This document shows, piece after piece, positions 53,156 through 64,000 of a stretch of 64,000 nucleotides of DNA. The position numbers were made by a program, and so were the translations under genes. The number at the start of each line of letters is the position of its first letter. Positions within the stretch are counted from its first letter, which is position 1. Below the pieces are notes generated by a model. It worked only from the letters and a program-made list of their open reading frames with translations, searched no databases and was not told the origin of the DNA. Origin of the DNA: the human T2T-CHM13v2.0 reference genome, Homo sapiens; the NCBI RefSeq assembly GCF_009914755.1, contig NC_060934.1, one strand, 5' to 3'.

Positions 53156-53847
53156 TGAAACTGTCTTGCAAAAGTTATAGTAGTAAGAGAAATCTGACAT
53201 AACTGACTCCATCTGGCTTCTACTGGGCTAAATTGCCTTTGCTTATTCTTGTGCAAAGCCATAATAGTCCTTTCCTTGAATTAATTCCCTCCTTGTTCAA
53301 AAATTGAAACTGTATTTGTAAAGACTAACAAAAGATCACAAGGCTGGAATTACGGTAGGGGCATGAACTTTGCTAAAGAATAAGCATAGTTAAACAATAA
53401 CCTACCATGCTTAGCTTGCTTCTCTATAAGTGGTTGACTGCCCCAGAGTCACATAACCAGAGGTCACAGGATTTACAACTTCCCCAACTACTGGGCTTTG
53501 AGATATTTTTCAGATGTAACATTTTGGCAGATCAAGACATGCCACCCGGTCCTGCGACCCCCTCCTGGAAACTGACTAAGCCTGTGATTTCATCTACAGC
53601 CAATCAATTATCTGTCTAAGCCTGTGATTTCATCTGCAGCCAATCAATTCTTTCAGTTCCCCAGTCCCCCCTTGCCACCCCAAGTATTTTTAAAAACCCT
53701 AGCCTCTGAATTCTTGGGGAGGCAAATTTGAGAAATGTCTTCAATCTTCCTGCTTGGCTGGCCCTTCAATAATTAAATTCTTTCTTTGCTGCACCGCCTG
53801 CTATTCTCAGTGCATTAATTTTTTTCAGGGCAATGGGCAAGAACCTT
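53156..53847 (+). mobile_element. LTR8-family (LTR8A/8B-like) ERV1 solo LTR
   Basis: tgaaactgtcttgcaaaa.ttata...aactgactccatct.gcttcta...ccagaggtcacaggattt...aaaaaccctagcctctgaatt...gggcaagaacc. Confidence 0.75.
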
Positions 53848-53899
53848 TATGTCTCCCTTGAAATCCGCCCTCATGCGATTTTTTTCTAATCATCAAGTC

Positions 53900-55160
53900 A
53901 TTTCCTATGGCAGAAAAACTACTCCTGAGAAATACCATAAAATATCAGTAAATCTGTATGCTCCTGACTATTCCTGTGAGATATTTCTCCCCTAAGGCTA
54001 AGGGTGTGAAGATTTGGACAAACTTTGAGTAAATAGTATTGCAAATGCAATAAGATAAGAAAAAGAAGTGCAATATAAGAATTAGAAAGGAAGATAAAAA
54101 TTATCATTTTTTGCAGATAATACAATTTAACTGAAAGATCTAAAAAGATTTTAGGATTCATAAGCACTTTCAGCAAAGTGATCCAAAGTGAGATCAGCAC
54201 TCAAAAATCAATACAGGCCAGGTGCAGTGGCTCACACCTGTAACACCAGCACTTTGGGAGGCCAAGGCGGGAAGAACGCTTGAGGCCAGGAGTTTGAGAC
54301 CAGCCTGGGCAACATAAAAAGATCCCATCTCTACAACAAATAAAATAATTTTATTTAAAAAATATACAAATAAAGTAAAAAAACAATAGCTTTTCCTATA
54401 CACCAAAGACAATGCATTATAAAATATAACAGAATAACAGATTCTTGTTCATAATAGAAATTATGAAACTAGCTAAGAATACAGCTCACAAAAATTTCTA
54501 AGACTTTAATGAAGAAAATAATATTTTAGCAAACAGTATAAAAGAAAACTTACCTAAAGGACCAGCAATACCAGTGAAAAGGCATTTGTCTTGGAGAAAA
54601 ACAAGTACCTATGTATAACAATTCATGTTTTATAATGCTCACTATATAAAGAAAAATAAAAACAACCTAAGTCTCCATTAGTAAAAGATTAATTAAATGA
54701 AATGTAGCATAATGATACTACAAACTTCTATCATGTAGCAGGTAAAAAGATTGAGTGCCAACATGGTAAGGTATATAACTAAGGAGAAAAAAAAAGCTAC
54801 AAACAATAAATGCAGAATAATATTATTTATTAGATAAAATATGCATAAAACACAAAGGCACATTTTTCTTTCTATGTGTGTATGTGTATGTATACATTTA
54901 AATAAATAAAAGCATCTGGATAAATGCTAATGTGATAACAGCAATGACCTTCAGAGAGAGAAGTCATACTTTTTTCTGTTTGCTTGAATACTTTTATACA
55001 TATATGAGGTTGGTGCAAAAGTAATTGCTCTTTTTGCCATTGAAAGTAATGGCAAAAATCACAATTACTTTTGTACCGATGCAATATATGAGGACTGTAT
55101 GCATTCATTACTTAATTACTTAATGCAGTACATTATTACTTACAAATAATGTGTTAACTA
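53900..55160 (+). mobile_element. Decayed L1M (L1ME-like) with nested FLAM/AluJ monomer (54216-54350) and MADE1
   Basis: ORF2 relic atcattttttgcagataat (LFADD-like), ttcagcaaagtg, aaaatcaata; 3'UTR-like A-rich tail. Confidence 0.65.
55005..55084. mobile_element. MADE1
   Basis: tgaggttggtgcaaaagtaattgc...ccattgaaagtaatggcaaaaatcacaattacttttgtacc; 80 bp, TA flanks. Confidence 0.92.
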
Positions 55161-55912
55161 AAGGAAAAAGCAGAAGACGAAAGACAAAGTGCAGCTTTGG
55201 ACCTCTCGAGTGTCCTCTCAGTCTTCCCCTTCCTTCCTTCTCCTTGTCAGTCCTCCACCTGGGCTGAAACAGGGAATGGATGGAATGCAGCACCAGGCAG
55301 CATGCTGGTTCTGGTTCCTGAATGGCTGCTGGAGTCAAGTGGACAAAAGCCAAAGGTGTGAAGAGGTGGCTGCTGGTAACTGAACTTTGACCAAAGGAAA
55401 ATGGGAGCCAGAGAGGACTGGGAGAAAATTTCCCTGCGAGGCCAGAATCGTTCATGTAAATTCCCACCTCCAGACAGGTGTTCAGTAGCATTTTCCCTTT
55501 TTGGAGTGGCCCCCTCCCCATGCAGGTATCAACACACAGACACTTCCTGAGCACTTATTATGTGCAAAACATCCTGTGAGGGGCCCTGGGGGATCCAAAG
55601 AAGATCTGAGCCACAGGCCTCGTCCTCATGGCATCTGCCGCTATCTTTGTCATCCCGTTGGAGACAGCAGAGAGAGGAAAGTCCAGCAAAGCAAGAGTTA
55701 ACCCAGGCATAGGATCAGGAAACAGGAGAAGCAATGAAGCAAAGGAACACCAAGTGCTTATCCACCTTCTCAGGGCTAGATCACAGGGCCTGAACTCCTC
55801 CTGCCTGTTATAAGATCCCCGTAATCCATATTTCCTTTTTCAATAATAAGAAGCAACATTTTCTAACGCCAGGCACAGTGCTCTGCAGTTTGTTTGCATT
55901 ATCTCGCTTAAT

Positions 55913-57598
55913 CTTCACAACAGACCTATCACGTGGGTGCAATTAGATTCCCATGTCATAAATAAGGCAACTGAGGCAAGCACAGCTACATTACCTACCC
56001 GAGGTCACAAAGCCTCATAAGCTTCGTAAGTATGAGTCCACTGTTCACTTATAAAATGAGGGTAAAGAGAAACTATCAGAGTCTCAGAGAAACCAAGAGG
56101 GGAGCAGTCCAAGAGAGACTTACAATGGCAAAGAAAAAACGTCCCTGGGAAATTACTGCTGGTCCTGGAAAAAAAAAAAAAAAAAGACCCTATGAGCCAA
56201 AGACTTGTGATTTGCAGTTATTAAAACTGTCCAGCTGCCATAGCAACAAGTGCAGCAAGCACACAGGCTCTCTCCTAAGACAGAATATTTTATGATTGTA
56301 TTACGGATACATACTCAGTGCATTATGTCAATAATGACAGGGGTTTTGCTGTCTTCCTGAGAAAGAATGTCTCCTTTTCCCCATGTTCTTTAAGTGCGCA
56401 ATTCCCATTTGTTCCTCCCTGGTGGGGGATGCCAGGAGGAGAAAGGACAGGGAGGAGAATGGGGTACAAGTTGGTAAGATTCTGGGGAACTTTTTGGTCT
56501 AGAGTTTGAAGTTTCTACATCAACAAAGCTCAGAATTAAAGAATATTTTCTCTCCATGGTCTTCTCTCCCTTCCTGTTTGCCTTTCCTCTGTGACACTCC
56601 TCTGCGACCACCATCAGAAGCACCTTTCTTTGCCAAGTGACCACTGCAGGGTGGGCTGTGATAGTGTAATTTACTGAGCCCTGGGAGAGCGCATGATATT
56701 GGAAGGGGGAAGTGAGGAGAAAGGGGAGCTGCCTAGAGTTAGAGTCTCTAAAATTCCATCTTGCAGCACCAACAGAAAAGTAGCATCCTCAAAGGCAATT
56801 AGCTCAAAAATTTGGCTTTATTACGGATCACTGGGATTCTGGATCTGAGCACCTAAATGAGAAATAGCCCATGGAATGGAAAACAGTTAAAAGTTGTTAT
56901 CTGGTCTAAAATTGGGGATGGAGAGAAAGAACTGGAATTGGGTATCAAATGATGGGAGAAGAACAACGCACACTGGCCTGGAAGGGGCAAGGCTTGGTGG
57001 CAGCCAATGGGGAGCCAAAGGTCAACTCAGATTGAAGCTTGTGGATCAGGCCAAGCCATCAGCATGGGGAGCATGTTTTCCAGGGAACTTTGCACTGGGG
57101 GTCATGAACAAATCCACATAAGGTGAGGAGGCTGAGCCTCAGCAACCAGGGCCACCTTGGCCAATCAGGGTTCACTTCAGTCTTGCCAGGAGAAGACCTA
57201 GGAGAAGTATCAGTGTGTCTTCAAGCCTGGTTAGAATAAGCACAAGTCAAGAGAAATGCATTTGCCCCATGGTGGTCTCCTGCTATTTTTTCCAGCCCAG
57301 GATCCTCTCTCTCTTTAACTGGTAACACACCATGATGTATTTTCAGGACAACCAGCAATTTCCCAGGGATTTTTTTCTTTGCCATTGTAAGTGTCTCTTC
57401 GCTGCTTCCCTCTTGGTTTCCCTGAAACTCTGATAGTCTCTCCTTATCCTCATTTGTGTAAGTAAGCAGTGGACTCATACTTACTAAGCTTGTGAGACTT
57501 TGTGACCTTGGGTAGGTGACCTAACCATGCTTGTTTCAGTTGCCTTATTGATGACCTGGGAAACATAACTGCACTCACATGACAGGTCTGTTATGAAG
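55913..57598. repeat. Long inverted repeat: arms 55913-56171 and 57339-57598
   Basis: Reverse complement of the right arm aligns end to end with the left arm (~84% by hand count); mirrored ORFs MSPLFTY.../MSPLLTY...LTMAKKK. Confidence 0.95.
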
Positions 57599-57739
57599 GT
57601 CTGCTGTGATATGCACATGCACACATGTGCACACACACACAGCTCATTTAGTTGAGATAAGCCTGGCCTCATTGTCAGCTCCATCCCTGGTTAACCAATG
57701 ACACACTAATTTCCCTCAGCCGCAGGAACCGCAGTGTTC

Positions 57740-58171
57740 AGAAATGTGCATGGGATGGATATCTCCCATCTGATCCACTCTCTCACTCTGCTCTATGCCC
57801 AAAAAGTTGACCAGTGCAGGCTTCATCAGTGAGCTCCCTTACCTTCTGGCTTCCAGTTAAGAGTCTGCCGTTGGCAAACACTAGCAAAAGAGCAGAGGGA
57901 GGAAGGAGGTCGAGTAAGCTATGTATTCACCGTGGGTAAATGCAGCCCTCAAAGGAAGGTTGCAGTCCATCAGACAGTCCTGGCCACACAGCTCTTTCTG
58001 TTTCCGTGCCTAGGAATAATAATAGAATCCCAGTGTTACAGCCTCAGGGTGCCTCCGTTCTCTGTGGTTTCTCTGCACACTGCCTACGTATTTGAGAACA
58101 GTCCCTAATTAAAGTCTCCTCAAAGCATCCAATTTCAGTGAACTATTTCCTGTTAGGGTCCTGACTGATAT
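57740..58171 (+). mobile_element. LTR33-like ERVL LTR, followed by an MLT1J/K fragment to ~58490
   Basis: ctctgctctatgccc...ccttctggcttccagtt...gtccctaattaaagtctcctc...tttcctgttagggtcctgactgata. Confidence 0.65.
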
Positions 58172-59046
58172 AGAGTATGTGACACAAGCTGAGATAATTA
58201 AAGCCAACCCAAGATTTCGGGAAAGAGAAGCTCTCTTTCTGCAGAAGTTATAATGCAAACTGAAGCCAGCATGGAGAATGCTGCCTGAGAATGAAGCCAA
58301 ATTGAGGAGAGCCAAGCGGTAGGGAGAAGAGGAAAGAGACCCGTTCCTCACACCGTTCTTTGAGCACATGGATCAAGTCATACATGAAGACTCTCCACTC
58401 CCTGGACTTGTAGTTACACAAGCCAATAAATCCCCATTATTGCTTAAGCCACTTTAAGTGCCTTCCTTCACTGGCAAATAAGTAGTCATGACATCCCTTG
58501 TTCTCATGTCCATCGTGCAGGCTGATCTGAACAGAGGGGCACACTTATGCTCAACACATGATAAGTGTCTGGACTCGTATTTAGACATCCTTAGAGAGGC
58601 ATAAATGGGAAAGGAGGGCAGAGAGGTGAAAGCTATAAGCACCCTGCGATTCCTGGAAACAAGAGTCCAAATGTCAGTGCCTTGTAGGATTCAATCACTT
58701 TACATTACAGAAGAGGTAACTGAGGTCTAGAGGAATGAAATGACAGAGCTAGGACTAGAAGTGGGGCTTACGCCACCCAGAGCCACGTAGAATGGAAACT
58801 GTTTTCCTCTGACCCCAATTGCAAAACGTGAAAAACTCACATAAGAAAGTTATTTGTGCTTGGGAGCCACCAAGAGAGTTCAGCCTTTTGCCTTGAGATT
58901 TCTTATAAAAGCCTGATTTTTCAGAGACAAGCTGGCCCCAATGTCCTGAGTTGGAAGCACCAGGGGAAGAGCTGTGCAAAGTATCAAACCTATGGCTTGC
59001 AGTCTGCAGGGGGCTTTCAAGAAGCTGGGAGTGTGTCAGGAGATAA

Positions 59047-59372
<326 letters not shown>

Positions 59373-59639
59373 CAGCCTTATTTCACCTTGATGGCTATAA
59401 CATTGTCCCTTCCTACAAACAGCTCAAAGAAGGAGGGAAAAAGGTTTAGTTGTTTGCTTTCGTTTTTACCAACTGGACATAGCAAAATAAATAAGACCTA
59501 CTTGTTAAGGTAAAATATTTAAGATTATACAAAGATGAAGATGAAATTTCTCAAAGTCTTTAGTCCTTTCTTCCGTACATGTATACATATATACATGTAT
59601 AAATATGTATAAATACATGGGAACAAATCAAAGGAAGCA

Positions 59640-60040
59640 TTCACAAATTCAATCTTATCTTTAGGAAAGAATCCCAGCAAACTTGGAATCGAATCAGTCT
59701 TCTTAGATCTGATAATGCTAATTTCCCAAAATCCTGTATCAACTATCATTACTTAATAGTGATATTTTAAAAGCATTTGCATTAAAGTTAGGAAACAGGA
59801 AAGGATGTCCATTCTTATAGCTTCTATTTCACATTGTTTTGCAGAACCTAACTAAAATAATAAAACAAAAAATGGAAAGGGAAGTGTAAGGATTGTAAAG
59901 AAATATCATAATCTAAAGTCAACATGATCATCCCAAAAGGAAACCCAAGAGAAAAATGACAAAATTATTAGAATAATGAGAGAGTAGTCTCTTATGCCAG
60001 CAATAATCAAATTAAAATAGAAAACAAGATAACTATACAA
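59640..60040 (+). mobile_element. Decayed L1M ORF2 fragment
   Basis: cccagcaaacttggaatcgaa...aaagcattt.cattaaagttaggaaac..aggatgtcc...ctatttcacattgt. Confidence 0.6.
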
Positions 60041-61097
60041 GTGTGAATATTACCCAATGCTCCCTTTTACTTGATCTCAGGACCTAGATATAATATTTAA
60101 TTTTTCTGATCCCCAGTTCCCTCATCTTTAAAAAAGTTTTTAAAATATTGAGCTCACGTATTTATGAGTTAATTTACTTACATCCATATAGCCCCTAGCA
60201 TGAAATCTGGAATTTAGTAAGTACTCAACAAAGATTCCTTCTTGAGGGATTATTGGCTATATGGCTGTTTATTATATGTAATAAGAGCTAAGTGTAGGGA
60301 TTTAACCATTGAAGAAAACATTTTGTTCAATCATCAAAAAAGCTAGTCACCTTATCCCTGTTTGCAACCACAAACCCAGTTGCTACCAAGAAAGGAGAAA
60401 GAGTTGTAAATCTTTTGGAACTTAGTCCTTTGGTAAAGGAAGTAAAGAGTGAAGGCCTCCAAATTCTCTACTGTCAGTTACTCTGAGGGTAACAAAACTT
60501 CTCTTGTAATGGTCTTGCCTATTAACCAAGAAAGGTACATGTTTTTGCTCTCTATATGTGGCCCACAGTGTTTGAAGTCCTGCACAGGCCCTAACAACTA
60601 GAGATTTTTGAGTCTGAAATGTTTGAGGTCTGGAAAAAAATTAGCTTTAATATATACAAGAAAACTGTGAAATTGAATTTAATAAATATGTAAATAAATG
60701 TCTACAAAATCTAACATTATGCAAACTTTTTAAATAAGCATATTTAATTTTATTTAAAAATTGACACTTAATTTTAGAAACAACTTATTGGTTAGATTTT
60801 TCTCATTGTATGAGTATGAACACATACTCAGGAATTCTTGCAATGATTGTTGCTAAATTGTAAACAGTAGTAAGTTACATTATAGGAAGCCAAATTATTT
60901 AAAAGCAAAAATATTAGAAGTTCTTTCAAACAATTATTAACAGAATGTGATATTTAATGTAAGACATGATGCTTTTTAATTCGTCTCATAATATATAAGG
61001 ATAACTGTAAAATGGAGAGTTGCCTAGGTTTATGAGTGTTCAAACAGCAGCACACATTTCTTAAACTGAAAGATGTGTTGAAAAGATTTGAAATCAT

Positions 61098-61418
<321 letters not shown>

Positions 61419-63286
61419 TCAAAGAGTATTTTAGAAAATCATGGGCAGAAGGCCCAATATATATATGAAGCAGGAAAATTATAGCCATAGACCTAAGCCT
61501 CTATACCTTTACTCAGGAAAGACTTATATTGTCAACTACATCAGTTCCTGTGGCTTGAATTACTTCATAAGCAAATATAAAATATTTTTATATTATATAT
61601 ATAAAATGATAAAATATTTTTATATTGTATATATAAAATGTCCATCCTGTCAAGTAAGACAATAAAACTCTCAAAGTCACGATTCATAATCACTGTCTCT
61701 TTTTTCATCTCATCTTAAGATATGCAGCAATCACTCAGTATCTACATTTAAAACTGAAGATTAAAAGAAGCAAGCACCTTCAGAAACATTTTTTAAAAAA
61801 AAGATTCTTCCAAGTTTGTTACTAACAACAAATGAAAAGAAGCTGAAACTTTGAATTGTAAAATGCTGCTGGGAAATTACATTTTCACGAACATCTATTG
61901 TTCCTTTGTTCCTTGCCTGAAAATATGTTTCTCACTGGGATATTAGCATATAACAAATAAACCCGAAAGTACCTTATTTTCCTGCCCATATGCAGTACTT
62001 AACTCTGGTTGATTTCTTAGCTAAAATTACTTACAGGAAGAAAATTGCCTAAGTGTCTTTGATTACTATGGAATATTTGAGTCCTCATCAAGCCATACCA
62101 AACATTTTACACACACACATACACACAAAAAACGCCTTGAACGGCATTGTATTTAAATATGATGATGTTTTTGATAGGGATAACAAGAATTATTATTACC
62201 TATGTGAATTCCCACCTAAGGATTAACCTTGCTCTATGGATTTCATAACTATGGCATTATAGCTGTGCTTTTCATAATGAAGGGAAAAATTCAGCATCAA
62301 ATAAGAAATTTGCCATGGTTCACGTACTCCCCCACATCTGTGAGAGAAGGATATTCAACTATTCCAGCTACAAATTTCTAAGCATTTTGTTTCCTAAAGG
62401 GGAATTTACCTGAGCTCCTATAGGGAAGAGATTCATGCTCACAAACTTAAGTCATAATGCCCCGAACCACAGTCACAATTTTAACAGCATTTATTGTATT
62501 TATTTATTTTTGCTAATTCTTCTTCATGAAAAGAAGTTGAGAATAGTCTCAGACTTCTGCTAGAGAACAGGAAAGAACCAACTGTACCAGATGTAGCTCC
62601 ATTCACCCTCCCCTGACACTGACCCCCTCCCACCCCCCACCAAATAACAGTCTCCCAGTCAGAATGGGAATTGTCACAAAAGATGGATAACTGGAGTACA
62701 ATTAACTGCGAGATTTGAGTCTTTTAAAGAACCTGGACCAAAGAGAGAGAAATTTGTTCTCTTAGCTAAATTATTCCTTCTGAACTCATTCTTCCCAATA
62801 CCTTTTGCTCATTAGCTTAAATGAACTCAATGATCTCCCAGCCCAACCAGACTGCTGGGAGTCTGTGATTCAAAGCCCTCACCTGAGCTCAGAGGTCTCC
62901 AATCTATTCATCACCACGGAGATTTCCCATTCTCCTCTACCTTGCCCACTCACCAAGTTTTCAAAGGTTGTGTTCATTAAAGAAGCAGCACTGATTATGT
63001 CCAATTAATTAATTTTTCTACTTCAAATTAAGTAGACACAGATAACCACCAAGCAGCGTGGTTGAGCAGCATGAAAGATCCAGGATTACCACAATACCAC
63101 CCTAGCTGCTTCTGAGGTTCCTATACATGATGTTTTAGGGTGGCGAAATATAGGACTTTCACTAGATTTTCTGAAATATAGAGAATAACTTAAGAAATCT
63201 GAGTTTGGGAGCACTGCCTCTGAGCCCCCATACAAGACTATCCTTGGGCGAATCCATCCTATAGGACTCATGTGAGCATTACCCCC

Positions 63287-64000
63287 GTTTTGAGAGCCCC
63301 CAGCTAAATTGGGGCACCTGCACTGGAGCAGCCAACAACCCTTTCCTAAAAGGAAATGAATAGAGCTGGATGTGAGTGTTGCAGTGTGCCTTTCACAAAA
63401 TATTCCCTTACCTAGTGGACAGCCTAATGTCTGGTTGTCTGAACTGCAACCAGGTAGTCCCTCACAGAGGAAACTTGTTTATACTGGCAGATGCCTTTGT
63501 GGCTCTTGTCTGACCTGTGTCCAGTTTATTCCTGCCTGACAATTGCTCTGATGCTGGGAGCCCAGCTTTGTGTTTTCCTCAGCATCCCAGGGATGACCTG
63601 GCCTGGGGCAGCCCCCCAGTCTTCAGACGAAAGGTACGAATTCAATACACCACCTCAACAGGAAACATGTGTAGAGATTTTTACTTACAGATCCTGGACA
63701 GAGGGGGTGTCGTGAGTCCTCAGGTCACAAAGCAGGAAGGAAGAGTCAGGAAGAGAGAAGGGGCGTGTGTGGTAACTAGTTGCACATCTAAGGGAGTAGG
63801 GTGTGGGTCACTTTAAGTTCATGGGCAAATGTCTGCATGGTCCTTTTAAGTGGAGTTGTAGAAAAGCAGGGAGCCCATCGGCTAGGCCAGAGAGATGCCT
63901 CTAAGTTCTTATCTTTCGCCACCAGCTTGAGCCACCTGGATGTGGTTCAAAACTGGAAACTGTGTCCAGGGTGACTGAGCCCTGCTTCTGGTACAAGAAA
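63287..64000 (-). mobile_element. ERVL-class LTR (MER54/MER73/LTR53-group-like), running off the window end
   Basis: Reverse strand agtataaacaagtttcc...gtgaaaggcacactg...ttagctgggggctctcaaaac resembles remembered LTR ends of this group. Confidence 0.4.

Noticed and set aside
56032-57478. Two similar ORFs on opposite strands as paralogous micro-proteins
   Set aside because: The similarity follows from the inverted duplication, and indels shift the frames between the copies, which argues against coding constraint.

Overview
Repeat-rich, apparently non-coding primate DNA, almost certainly human, because it holds an AluYa5 with all five diagnostic positions. It is either intergenic or deep intronic. 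I find no credible protein-coding gene, RNA gene or CRISPR array; the ORF track is explained by Alu, L1, LTR and microsatellite sequence or by chance. The window contains about 14 Alu/FAM/FLAM elements, L1 3' fragments, many MaLR/ERV solo LTRs (including a MER11 with a perfect TSD nested in an L1PA), hAT/Tigger MITEs, three MADE1 hairpin MITEs and MIR/L2 relics. Four features are not explained by ordinary repeats. (1) A ~260-bp inverted duplication at 55.9-57.6 kb, ~84% identical by hand count, with a ~1.17-kb spacer. (2) A CpG-rich unique element at 40.45-40.9 kb with two nested hairpin systems and AP-1/E-box/homeobox motifs, next to an unusually CpG-rich MSTA LTR. (3) A 54-bp spacerless palindrome inside an MLT1A LTR. 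(4) Several homeobox/TALE-motif-dense unique blocks that look like developmental enhancers. Repeat subfamily calls come from remembered consensus sequences, and boundaries of old repeats are approximate.
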